A stretch of DNA of 64,000 nt from the human T2T-CHM13v2.0 reference genome, Homo sapiens, in NCBI RefSeq assembly GCF_009914755.1, contig NC_060934.1. One strand, given 5' to 3'. A program made the position numbers and the translations under genes. Below the pieces are notes generated by a model. The model worked only from the letters and a program-made list of their open reading frames with translations. It searched no databases and was not told where the DNA came from. Of the stretch, positions 25,622-39,216 are shown piece after piece (positions within the stretch are counted from its first letter, which is position 1; each line of letters starts with the position of its first letter).

Positions 25622-26479
25622 TGAATCTCTTACAGCTATGCTGATGCATAGATACGAGTTGACTACTCAGCAGGAGAAAACATTTTCTAGGAGAAGAAAA
25701 TATTTATAGCTGGTCATGAAGGTGGCATGCTGATCTGCTGTACAACAACATGACAATCTAATTGCTTTGTGGTTGGTATAAAGTATTATGCTCGAGACAT
25801 CCATCTGAATTTTGGTTTCTCTGCCTAGATGTTTTCATATCACGTCGAGGTCGGAATAGCCAGAATAGCCATCGAGTCCCTGGTCAAAGGGCCAGCTGAT
25901 GGGACTTTGATGTGGCTGTGGGTGAAAGTCAAGCTTTTAAGTACAGTTAGGGATCTCACCCAGACCCAGATTCAGCTCTGACCTCTGGTAGATGAGGACA
26001 GGGAATGGAGGTTATTTATGGGAAGAATGAGAAATTCAGTTGGCCATACCATGGTGCCTCAAGTCAACAGAGAGCTAGTGCATTGCTGGATGGATGGCGC
26101 AAAGGGCGTAGGAGGCCTCCTGACCAGCCTGCACCATTTGGGGCTTAGGAAGGCTGAGCACTGTCATTAGAGCCCAACCGAAGAGGACTGGCCAAGGTCT
26201 CAAGACCCTCCTTTTGACTGTGATAGCTCTGGCTTTACCTCTTTCTCATCCTGCATGCTTCATCCTCCCCAGACCTACTGATTTGGTTCTTGAGCTCTGT
26301 GGTCTCATCAGCTAACATGCTACTTGTCCTCTATTCTCTTCCCTCTGCCCCACTCCATCCTCATCTTACCTTCCTTCCTGTCCCTTCAGATATTTACTGG
26401 GAATCTGCTCAGGCTATGAGAAGCCCACTATGGATTGCTTTATCTATTTACTATACAGGCATTGAGGACTAACATCTAT

Positions 26480-26830
26480 TCACCATGGGTCAGACATTGG
26501 GACTAACACATCCAGAGGATGTGAGATGGGAGAGAACAGCAAATTCGAAGGCCTGAAAGGGGTCCAGACTGGCTAAGCACAGAGTAGGAAGAGAGCAGTG
26601 GCAAGAAATGATGCAGGAGGTATGGGCTGCAGCCAGGCCATTAAGAGTCTTGTGAGACATTTTGCACTTTGGTTTAAGAGCCAGGAAAGCCATTGCAGCA
26701 TTTAAGCTGAGGAGTGACATGGTCAGATTTGCATTTTATAAAGCTTGCTCTGCCTACAGCATGGACCATGGATTAGAGAGTGGCAAGAGTAGAGGCAGGG
26801 ATCATTGAAGTGGCTGTTGCAGTGAGCAGC
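26480..26830 (-). mobile_element. L2 fragment
   Basis: tttaagctgaggagtgacatggtcagatttgcatttt...ggcaagagtagaggcaggga. Confidence 0.7.
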
Positions 26831-26872
26831 TGAGCCCAAAGGGAGGAAATGCAAAAATTAAGAATATTTAGA

Positions 26873-27443
26873 GGAAGATAGTGTGGCGAGTCCCCAGAGA
26901 CCTAGAACCAGAAATACCATTTGACCCAACAATCCCATTACTGGGTATATACCCAAAGGAATATAAACCATTCTGTTATAAAGATACATGCACGCACATG
27001 TTCACTGCAGCACTATTCACAATAGCAAAGACATGGAATCAACCCAAATGCCCACCAATGACAGACTGGATAAGGAAAATGTGGTACATATACACCATGC
27101 AGCCATAAAGAAAAAGATCATGTCCTTTGAAGGACATGGATGGAGCTGGAAGCCACTATCCTCAGCAAATTAACATAGGAACAGAAAACCAAACACCACA
27201 TGTTCTCACTTATAAGTGGGAGTTGAACAATGAGAACACATGGACACAGGGAGGGGAACAACACACACTGGGGCCTGTCAGGGGGGTGGGGGGAGGAAGA
27301 GCATCAGGATAAATAGCTAAGGCTTGCAGGGCTTAATACCCAGGTGATGAATTTATAGGTGCAGCAAACCACCGTGGCACACGTTTACCTATGTAACAAA
27401 CCTGCAGGTTCTGCACACATACCCCAGAACTTAAAATAAAATA
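26873..27443 (+). mobile_element. 5'-truncated L1PA (PA8-PA11-like) 3' end
   Basis: ORF2 C-terminus remnant (EIPFDP.IPLLGIYPKEYK) and 3'UTR. TSD aagaatatttaga at 26860-26872 and 27444-27456. Confidence 0.92.
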
Positions 27444-27746
27444 AAGAATATTTAGAAGAGGAGCCCACTGCTTTTAGAGAATAATTATATGGGTGGCCCA
27501 CATATGTGGGTAAAGCTTTTAAGTACCATCAGGCATCTCACCCAGACCCAGTTCCAAGGAGCAGGGGACAGTGGGAAAGGCCCCTATCTCCAAGGAGCTC
27601 ATAGTCTAATATAAGTGATTCTTAGTTTCTGGGGTAGAATAAGAAACAGATGCCAAGACAGCCAATATGAATCTCTGGGGCAGAGGTAAGTGGTTAAAAA
27701 CACGTTTTAAAAAATGCCAATTTTTAACACAATCTGTAGAAGGTGA

Positions 27747-28198
<452 letters not shown>

Positions 28199-28649
28199 CT
28201 ATTTTGGAAACCTTAGCAGTTTATGACAAAAACAAAGCAATCTTTGGGAGAGATGTTCCCCTTGCTTTGGGGGTCCCTTTAGTGAGCCCGTTTGGTCATG
28301 CAGATGGAAGTTAAGGACCTACCTCTTGCTATTGGGAGCACCTTTCTTATGTATATGAACTTGGGATTTTTGTAACCTTTAAAGAAAAGATAGTCAAGGC
28401 TTTCACATTCCTTGTGTGGCCAGAGATGGAAGCTTGAGTTGTCTTTAGGGCTCAAAGCTCCTCACCTTGGGGGAAATTATTATTTGATGCATTTGGCTGT
28501 ACAAAAGACAAAACTATGGTCTGAGTTTGGAATGGGTAATGAGGCATCCCCTGCCTAAGGATGGTGACTCCATTGAGAGTACAGTGACTCTGCAGAGATT
28601 TTATCTCAAACAGATTTGGCCTCAGGGAGTAAGGAAATGATCACGGAGG

Positions 28650-28687
28650 TTTTTTCTTTTATTTATTTATTTATTTATTTATTTTTA
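28650..28687. repeat. (TTTA)n microsatellite
   Basis: tttatttatttatttatttattt. Confidence 0.9.
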
Positions 28688-29104
28688 ATGGGGCCTATGA
28701 ATTGACTCCAGAGACCTGACTGCTGCATTGGAGATAAGGGAAAGAGGGTCATTGAGGATCCCCGGTGAAATTATTTGGTCCACGGGGTTGTGATACCTGA
28801 TTTCTTTCCAACTTATGCATTGACTTCTATTACGTGCTCCTTAAACTTTGGCAACAGGTCTGCATTTGCAGTTGGAGTAAAGTTTTTGCAACTAGAGACT
28901 GGGTAGATTGTAGAGAACTGGAGTAAAGTGGCAGAGCAGGTAAGAGGTGACCAGGTATGACAGGTGGGAAGCTGGGGGAGCAGGGCAAGGTGGAGCCATG
29001 GGATATGGATGCATTTCCCAAGTGTCCTTGGGAACACTTGTTGTAGCTTTGTGGGAGGGGGCTCAGGTCAGGATTACTTTGTTATTATAGAAAATTGAAT
29101 GGTA

Positions 29105-29400
29105 AAAAGGAAGAGAGGGATAGGGAGAGATTTGTTAAGGATACAAAATTACAGCTAGATAAGGGGGATACGTTTTAGTGTTCTCTACCTCTGTAGGATG
29201 AATATATGTAGGTAACATATTATGTAGTTTCAAATAGCTAGAACAAGAATATCGAATGTTTGCAACACAAAGAAAGAAATGATGTTTGAGATGATGGATA
29301 TGTTTTACTTATACTGATTGGCGATCAGATTAATATATGTATCAAAACATCACTGTGTACCCCATAAATATGCCATTATTATGTCAGTTAAAAAATTAAG
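29105..29400 (+). mobile_element. L1MA 3' end
   Basis: ggatacaaaattacagctagata...caaaacatcactgtgtaccccataaatat. Confidence 0.85.
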
Positions 29401-29572
29401 AAGTTAGATGCAAAAAAAAAAAGAGGAAAGACTGGTCTCTAGAGGGCTGTAAAACTTAGTTTGCAGCTGTTGTCACAGGGCTGCAAGGTGCCAAGAGGAA
29501 GAAGTACTGGCACTATATTAGTCTCCTCTGCCACAACAAAATACCATAGGCTGGGCAGCTAAACAGGAATTT

Positions 29573-31876
29573 CAGGCAAGAGAAAGAAATAAAAGGCATC
29601 CAAATTGGAAGAGAGGAAGTCAAACTATCTCTGTCTGCAGATGATATGATTCCATACCTAGAAAACCCCATAATCTCTACTAAAAAGTCCTAGATCTGAT
29701 ACACGACTTCAAAGTTTCAGGATACAAAAATTGGTAGCATTTCTATACACCACCAATGTCCAAGCTGAGAGTTAAGTCAAGAACACACTCCTATTCACAA
29801 TAGCCACAAAAAAAATAAAATACCCAGGAATACAGCTAACCAGGGAGGTGAAAGATCTTTACATGGAGAGCGACAAAACACTGCTGAAAGAGTTTAGAGG
29901 CAACACAAGCAAATGGAAAAACATTCCACATTCATTGATAGGAAGAATCAATGTTATTAAAATGGCCATATCGCCCAAAGCAATGTACAGATTCAATGCT
30001 AGTCTTATCAAACTACCAATGACATTCTTCATAGAATTAGAAAAAGCTAATTCTAAAATTCATATGAAACCAAAGAAGAGCCAGAATAGCCAAAGCCATC
30101 CTAAGCAAAAAGAACCAAATCTGGCAGTATCACATTACCTGACTTCGATCTATACTTCAAGGCCACAGTAACCAAAATAGCATGGTACTGGTACAAAAAC
30201 AGATGAATGGAACAGAACAGAGAGTCCAGAAAAAAATGCCGCACATCTACAACCATCTGATCTTCAACACAGTTGACAAAAAACCAAGCAATGAGGAAAA
30301 GACTCCACCACTTTTATTTATGGTGCTGGGATAACTGGCTATCCATATGCAGAAGATTAAAACTGGACCCGTTCCTTACATCACCTGCAAAAATCAACTT
30401 AAGATGGATTAAAGACTTACATGTAAAACCTAAACTATAAACACCCTGGAAGATAATCTAGTAAATACCATTCTGGACATAGGTCTTGGCAAAAATTTCA
30501 CGACGAAGATGCCAAAGGGAATTGCAGCTAAACTGAAGATTGACAAATGGGATCTAATTAAACTAAGGAGCTTCTGCACAGCAAAAGAAACTATCAATGG
30601 ATTAAACAGGCAACCTTACCTACAGAATGGGAGAAAATATTTGCAAACTATGCAACCAATGAAGGACTAATATCCAGAATCTATACAGAACTTAAATTAC
30701 ATGCAAAAAACAACCTCAATAAAAAGTGGGCAAAGGACATAAACACTTTTCAAAAGAAGACATACATATGGTCAATAAGCCTATGAAAATATGCTCAACA
30801 ACACTAATCATTAGAGGAAGAGAAATCAAAACCACAATGAGATACCATCTCACAACAGTCAAAATGGCTATTATTAAAAAGTCGGGCTGGGTGTGTTCGC
30901 CCACGCCTGTAATCCCAAGCACTTTGAGAGGTCAAGGTGGGCGGATCACCTGAGGTCAGGGGTTTGAGGCCAACCTGGCCAACATAGCAAAACCCTGTCT
31001 CTACTAAAAATACAAAAATTAGCCAGGCATGGTGGCATGCGCCTGTAATCCCAGCTACTATGGAGGCTGAGGGAGGAGAATTGCTTGAACCCAGGAGGTG
31101 AAGCTGAGATCATGCCACTGCACTCCAGCCTGGGTGACAGAGCAAGACTCCGTCTCAAAAAAAAAAAAAAAAAAAAAAGATGCTGACAAGGTTGTGGAGA
31201 AAAGTGAACACTTATACACTGTTGATGGGAGTGTAAATTTGTAAATTAATTCAACCATTGTGGAAAGCAGTGTGGTGATTTTTTCAAAGAACTTAAAACA
31301 GAATTACCATTCAACCCAGCAATCTCATTACTGGGTATATACCCAAAGGAATAGAAATCATTCTATCATAAAGTCACATGCATGACTGTGTTCATCACAG
31401 CACTATTCGCGAAAACAAAGATAAGGAATCAAGCTAAATGTGCATCAGTGGTAGACTGGATAAAGGAAATGCACATATACACCATGGAATACTATGCAGC
31501 CATAAAAAAGAATGATATCACATCCTTTGCAGCAACATGGATAGAATTGGAGGCCATTATTCTAAGCAAACTAATGCAGGAACAGAAAACCAAATATTGC
31601 ATGTTCTCATTTATAAGTGGAGAACACATGGAGAACACAAGGACACAAAGAAAACAACAGACAACAGGGCCTACTTGAGAGTGGAGGATGTGGGGAGGGA
31701 GAGAATTGAAAAACAGCCTGTGGGTACTATGCTTATTACCTGGGTGACAAGATAATGTGTAAACCAAACCCATGAAACACAATTTACCTATATAACAAAC
31801 CTGCATATGTACCCCTGAACCTAAAAGTTAAAAAGTAAAAGTATTTAATTAAAAAAAAAGAAAAAGAAAACCAAGC
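29573..31876 (+). mobile_element. 5'-truncated L1 (L1PA15/16 or L1PB-like) with a nested Alu
   Basis: ORF2 remnants ([26 protein letters not shown]; [18 protein letters not shown]), 3'UTR, A-tail and a 12-bp TSD. Confidence 0.93.
30885..31178 (+). mobile_element. Alu SINE (AluS) within L1
   Basis: Dimeric Alu with a small right-arm deletion and poly(A). Confidence 0.95.
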
Positions 31877-32394
31877 AAACAGAAATTTGTATTATCGCCA
31901 TCCTGGAAGCTGGAAGTGCAAGATGAAAGTGCCAGCATGGCCGCGTTCTGGTGTGGGCCTTCTTCCTGGCTTATGTCATCCCACTGTGTCCTCACATGGC
32001 CTTTGTTTGGTGCCCCTGCATGAGAGGTGGGCTCACAATCTCTGTTATCTCTACTTATAAGGGCACTAATCCCATTATGAGGGTTCTACCCTCATGACCT
32101 CCTCTGAGCCTGCTACCTCCTAAAGGCCCACCTCCAAATGCCATCCCATTGGGGGTTAGCGTTTTAACATCTAAGCTTGGGGGCACACAAACATTTAGTC
32201 CATATCACAGTCCAAAGGAGGCATTGTGGAATAGCTGACATCTCAGCTCCCAGAATTAGAGAGTTTTTTGGCTGGGCACAGCCATTTGTCTTTCAGAGGA
32301 ATATGAATGCTCAGTACTGACCAGGTCAATTTAAGTGGGCCTTTGAAGACTTGCAGAGCAGGAGTCAGATCTGGCCCAGCAGCAATAAAAATGA

Positions 32395-32600
32395 TAAATA
32401 TCAGGACCTTATATGTATTGAGTGCTTCATGTGCTGTGCACTGTACATGTGTTATCATTAAATCTTCACCACTGTCCCATGAGAGGGGCATTGGCATCTT
32501 CATACAACAGACGGAAGATGGGTGCTCAGGGAGACACTGCAGGGTGCCTGGCTCCTGAGCAGTGGCTGTCTCGCTTGGAGGCTGAGATCGGTTTCAGGTG
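32395..32600 (-). mobile_element. MIR SINE (degenerate)
   Basis: tattgagtgcttcatgtgctgtgcactg...aatcttcac...acagacggaagatgggtgctcagggag. Confidence 0.6.
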
Positions 32601-35574
32601 AGTTTACCTAGATGCTCAGGATCTGGAAAAGTGAACCAAGAGTAGGAGGGCCCCACCCCCACACCTGGAGCCAATTCATCCGTCCCTGAGGGACTAAACT
32701 CTAGGTTCAGGACCCCCCATTGGGACCGACGCCATCCCTACCTCCTGTCCCCACTACCAACCAGCTGTCATGGTGTCTGTCCAGGTGAACTCCTGGCTGA
32801 GGTAAAGGTGTTCATTTGGGTGGGCTTAGCCCATGCTGCCCACAAAGTGAAGCTCATCTCGGCGCATTCTGTTTCCCAGACTCCACAGCTGTAGGGGACC
32901 CGTGCTCAGCATAGCCCAGGTCAATGTTGCTCCTGCATAGAGAGTGATCCACAATGCACCTTAAAGCTCCTGAATGAAAACAACAACAAATCACAGTCCT
33001 TGCTTAAGGATGTTGTTATAAATGGGGTCCCTATGGTGCCTCTGTGGAAAAGGCCAGTTGGCAACTCATGTGATACAGGAGCAGATCTGCACTTAGGATG
33101 CTTCCTGCAAAATTAATGGACCTGGTTAACAGAGATCTCCATAAAATATAGATGGCCACAGTCCCCAGGGTGGAAATGGAAAGAGATCGCCCCTGCTACG
33201 GTATGTGATTTATTGAGGGCTATAAGTTCACAAGATGCTTTGCAGAATGTATAAAAAGATGAGGTTCCTGGCCCCAAGGATTGCAAGCCTAAGACGGAAA
33301 TCATTGAGTATTGAAGTTCAAACTCACTGCAACCTGTGATCGTTATCAAGAATAGACTTTAGGCAGACAGGCTAAGGACAGCTGTTCATTTTGAGGAAGT
33401 GTTTAAAGGAGATTAAGAGTGATGATCTCTGAAGAAAGGCAGAATGTTAACTTAGAGCGAAACAAAAATGTATGTACATCTCGAAGGCCTCAGAGACAAG
33501 AAGCTGTATTAAATGTCAAATTAAAAGACAAGTCTTCAATGATAATAAATGCCTGCCTCTGTTAACATGCAGCAGAAGCCTGCCATGGGCTTGGTGAGAC
33601 GTGGATTATTTCTGTTCTGATTAAATTACCTTGGTTATATCTTCTCTGGGGGCAAAAGCCTCCACATTTGAAAGAATTGTGGTTAAGCCTTAAGGTGAAC
33701 TCTCTAGCCTGAGACAAGAATTTTAGGCATAGGAAGGAGCAGCTTTTAAACACACATACCTAAGCTGTTGTACTTAGTCTGATGAATTATAAAATGTCCC
33801 TACTGTCCCCTCCTCACTTCCACACCATCTCGCTTCTAGAAGCTTTGAAGAATTAAACTTGCACTTAAACATGCATCATCTGATAGATGTGACACATGTG
33901 TAAGTTATATTGTACAACCTCAAAGTATGTTAGTTATACTATTATCTGTTTAGATCCAGGTTTCCTTTTTGAAAGCTGTAGTTTTTTCAACTGATTCATA
34001 TTCAAAATCACAGGCTGGGCTGACAAGCTATTACCTCACCCCAGACAAAATATCTAGTTGTATGTACAAAAAAGGAAAAAGAAAAGCTTCTTGTTTCTCA
34101 GTGCTCAGAAGAACACATTTTCTTTAAAGAAAATGCATGAGTTCTATGCGTTGCCCATCCTGCTGTGCTGAACTTTGTGTCTGCAAGAGTCAGTGGAATC
34201 GGAATCATTAATGTGTTTCAAAAGCTCCACGGAAATGGCTCTAAAGGAGAAGGTGCTAGCAAGCAGTACCCACGCATGCCTCCCTACATGTGCACATCTT
34301 GGTGGGGCCTCCTTTGAATGGTTCTGCAGGTGGTTTGGACACTGCTCAAGAGTCCCCTTGGCTGGCAGGCAACGGACCACTAGTCAGAAATAATTGCTTC
34401 TCCTCCTTTTCTTCTCTTTTCTCCCCACCTCTTTCCCTCTTCTTTAGATATTACATTTGAGGGGTGAGGTGGCTGTGGCCTCAGGACCCAGTGGAGTGCA
34501 GCCATAGCCCCCTGAAGACCCTCTTCACTTGCTCTTCAGAGGGTGCTGGAGCACAGTCGCTGAGCACTTCCTGCTACTGGGCCTTTGGATCTGAGAGCCG
34601 GGGCAGGCCTCCCTGGTAAAATGGGTTTGAGGACATAGAGGACCTTTGTTTCCTAAATCTAAGTGGCTCAACACTCCCAGCAGTCCACGGGGACTTGTCA
34701 CCAGAGAGCACGAAATAGCAAGAGAAAGCCCTGTTTGGTCCCCACACCCAGGGCTGACATGGCCTGGCCGCTGTGTGGACAGAGTAAACCAAAGCCATTC
34801 ATCTTAGAGGGGTGAGAGAAGAGACCTCTCACCCGCAGCTCTCACCAGTGAGCGTGGCACTGGCCTTGCCCTGGAGGCCAAATACTCCACCTAACAAAGG
34901 GTCCTCTCCACCGGGCAGGCAGCGTGGAGGGAGACAGAGAAGCCTTGAGATTCTTCCAGTAGAGCCCACTAAAAATCATCCTTGTATGTTATATCTTCTA
35001 GTACAACATCTGCTCTTTTTTGAGTGTCTCTTACTTCCACCACGCAGGAAGGCACCCGAGTGTGAATTCACACAATTCTAAAAATCAAAGCAAACAAAAA
35101 ACCCCAAGACCACGCAAAATTAGGATACTGTATGTTTTAGATACTGTTATGGCATATAATTATTGAAGTCAAGATGTTCCTAATATGCCAGCGGAATTTA
35201 TAGAATACTAGACGCTAGGTTCTATTTTCCCTTTATGGATGTGCTAAAAACAATGTCACTAGCTCTGTAGTGTGTTTTTGTGACATTATTTGAGGTTGTT
35301 TTGTCAAGATTGTTTCCGGTGGTAAACAGCTTCATTTTCTAAAAGCTTCAACTCAAATTAAGATCAAAGTGAAGACCTCTTTTTTTTCTTGAGTTTCCAT
35401 CAGTTAAGTGTTTGTGAAATTTCAGGGATGAATTAATGGTTCAAAATGAAGCATCTTTTATTCTTCTTGCTTTCTTTCCACTTTTCCCATCCAGCTAGGC
35501 GGTGGCTGTGCCTGTCCCATGCTGGGACACCGGCCAGAGCGGGTCTTGCCAAGCCCACCAAAGCCTCCTCTGAC

Positions 35575-36101
35575 TGCATGAGTTTCCTGTCACTGCTGTA
35601 ACAAGTGGCAACAGACAGAGTGGCTAAAAACGAAACACATTTAGTATCTTATGGCTCTTTAGACCAGAAGTCCCATACAGGTTGTGCTGGCTAAAATAAT
35701 TTGTTAGCAGGGCTGGTTTCTTTCCGGAAGCTCTAGGGGAGAACATATTTCCTTGCCTTTTCCAGCTTCTAGAAGCCACCACTCTCTCTCTCTCTCTCTC
35801 GAGGCCTACCTCCTTCCTGCTTCAAAGCCAGCAAGAGTGGGTAGGGTGCCTTTCACATTGATCTGTCTTCTGCCTCTTCTTCCATTTTTAAGGACTTGTG
35901 ATTAGATTGAGCCCATCTGGGTAATTCTGGATGCTCATGCCTTCTCAAGGTCAGCTGATCCACAACCTTGGTTGCACCTGCAACCTTATTCCCTTTTGCC
36001 AGGTAAAATGACATATTGCAGGTTCTGAGATTAGGATGTGAACATCTTTTTTTTTTTTTTTTTTTTTTTTTTTGGTAGGGAGGTTGTTATTTGCCTACCA
36101 C
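35575..36101 (-). mobile_element. MLT1C/D MaLR LTR containing (CT)n and a 27-nt poly(T)
   Basis: gctctaggggagaa...ccttgccttttccagcttctagaagcc...tttgcctaccaca. Confidence 0.85.
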
Positions 36102-36374
36102 AGTGACCTAGGCCTCTCTTGTGGCTCTGTGTCCTGTGTCCTCTCTGCTCAGTCTAACTGTGCTGGGTGCCCACATTTTTCACTTTTTGAATGTACGTCA
36201 GCTTCTTTACCTGGCAGAATTCTCTCGGAGTTGTAGCAGGAGTGGCTGAAGCCTGGGGAAGCAGGGAAGCATGGTTAACCTGTAGAGGGCCCTGAGGTTG
36301 GAGGGGTGAGGTAGGACTGCAGAGAAACTGGGAATGGGAGTTCTGGGCCTTTATGGGAAAGATGGGAGAGCAGG

Positions 36375-36660
36375 ACCTGCTAAAGGTGTGAGCCTCGTTA
36401 GGTACCTCTTATAGGTGTGGCCCTCCCTCACTAGCTACTTGCTGCAGGTGTGGCCCTCTCTCATGAAATACCTGCTGCAGGTGTGACCTTCTCTCACTGG
36501 GTACCTGCTGCAGGTGTGACTATCTCTCACTGGGTATGTGCTGCAGGTGTGGCCCTCTCTCACTGGGTACCTGCTGAAGGTGTGACCGTCTCTCACTGGG
36601 TATGTGCTGCAGGTGTGGCCCTCTCTCACTGGGTACCTGCTGAAGGTATGAGCCTCTCTT
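36375..36660. repeat. 33-bp minisatellite, about 9 units
   Basis: Consensus acctgctgcaggtgtggccctctctcactgggt. Units start at 36375, 36404, 36437, 36470, 36503, 36536, 36569, 36602 and 36635. Overlapping ORFs show 11-aa periodicity. Confidence 0.95.
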
Positions 36661-37580
36661 GTCTAGGAGGTAGCTCCAGGTGGTGGTAATAGGGTGTGGC
36701 AGTGTGGGATGCAGACCTGGGCCTGTGCGAAGCACTTGGGTAATCTGCAATGCCAAGAGCTCACTGCTGAACAGTGAGGACTTCCCTGTGCTGGCCCCGA
36801 GTCAGCAGTGCAGCCTAGCTGTCTATTCCCAGAGATCCACACCACCATTTACGCAGACTGTGGAAAAGGCACAGCAAATATTCAGTTTATGAAGTGGAGG
36901 CTGACAGCAATTTAGCCCAAGAGAATAATTGACTTAACTCTGCATGACCAGGGCCTAGGCATCCCCTTTCCCACATACAGGAAAATCTATTCTTGGCCGA
37001 AATTGCTGTTTGATTTTTCCTTCCATACTCTTATATTCCTGAAGGTGACAAATAGTTTTCTGACAAATACAAAATTTCTCTGATATCCTGCTGCCTGCAG
37101 CCTGATTGTCTTCTTCTTGTATATTAACGTGACTGCCCACAGCCTGGATTGATCTAGCTTGTTTACAGTGGGGTGAAGCCATTGATTTTAACCAAGTCCT
37201 CATTCTAGAAATCAGCAGAATGCATCCATTTTGGCCCCCCATCCCATTCTCAGAACATTAATCAACTCGCTAAGTAATTCAATTTATGGGCCCCAATTAG
37301 CCTCTCTCCAGAGACCCAGAGAATTGAGATGTACCGTTCATTGCCAAAAACTTTGAGTCATTAATTTTGAATCCTCATGTCCAAAGTTCAGGGAACTTAT
37401 TCAATAAGACTTTAGATCATTTTCTAGTTGTTTCCTTTTGCATCACGTACTTCAGTACTTACAGTTAGTGGGCAAAGTGCTTTGGGCTAGAATCTCTTTG
37501 TTGAAAGGGGTCCTGGAGATCACCTGGCACCTCTTGTCTCCACCATTGCTGGAATTCCCTTTCTGATGTTTTTTCTAAGT

Positions 37581-37756
37581 CAGCAGTCCTCAAACTTCAA
37601 TGTGTATAAGAATCACATGGAGAGCTTGCTTAAACAGTGTTCTGGGCCCCTGATTCTGACTCAGTGGATCAAGGTGGGGCTTGAGAATTTGCATTTCCCG
37701 CAAGCTCCCAGCTGATGTTGCTGCTGGTCCAGGGAGCCCATGTCAGGTGACGCTGC
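37581..37756. mobile_element. MER5A MITE
   Basis: cagcagtcctcaaactt...gaatcacatggagagcttg...gagaatttgcatttc. Confidence 0.8.
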
Positions 37757-38063
37757 TCTAGGCAGAATTTTTGGGGGCAGCTGTGCAAGGAGAAGCTTCA
37801 GTGGGCTATTGGGAAGGAGGGCCAGGTGAGGTAGTCTCACCAAGCATTTTAGTACCACAAATGTTTTGCCAAGATGACTACTTACGGGAGATTCTAGGTA
37901 GAGACACAAGGCATTGGTCCCCCAAGAGGGTGGGAAAGGAGAAATGGAGGCAAACTAAAAACAAAAAACAAAAAAAGAAATAGATAAGCTGCATGTGATT
38001 CTTAACTGTGCTAGTCCAGTTCTGTGATATGCAGAAAGAATTTCTGGGCAATATATCTGGTTA

Positions 38064-38460
<397 letters not shown>

Positions 38461-38867
38461 TTAAGTTCATGTGTGTTCCTTTTTTCTCTAGACTTTTTTT
38501 TAGCAAGCATACCTTAGGAAACTGAACTTCGCTTGAAACTGAAACTACCCTCCCAAAATCATCTCCAAGGTAGGTAAAATTTTAATTAGTTTAATTTTCA
38601 GAAGTGCCTTAAAAATTATTCTGTTACGAATTGACATCAGTGAGCAAGGAAAGCCCTCCAAGTTCGTGATCTCCTGCCTGCACTTCCCATTTCTTACCAC
38701 GTTTTGAAAGCTGACATTGTTTTGCCATGTCTCTAAGGGAACAATGACTTTGATGCAATGAAACTCTTTCTGAGGCTTAATATTAATGATAATCATCAAC
38801 AAATATGTATGATATGCCCACGCAAAATGTCAAATGCTTTAAGCATTTAGAGGGGGTGGTATCCTGA

Positions 38868-39216
<349 letters not shown>

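Larger units (their letters stand above)
29514..32207 (-). mobile_element. MLT1A-type MaLR LTR split by an L1 (pieces 29514-29572 and 31877-32207)
   Basis: tgccacaacaaaataccataggctggg at left and ...aaacatttagtccatatca at right. The L1 TSD aaacaggaattt / aaacagaaattt joins the halves. Confidence 0.85.

Noticed and set aside
36435-36756. ORFs with 11-aa repeats, and a superficially CRISPR-like array
   Set aside because: Head-to-tail 33-bp minisatellite with no unique spacers, in a eukaryotic context with no cas genes.
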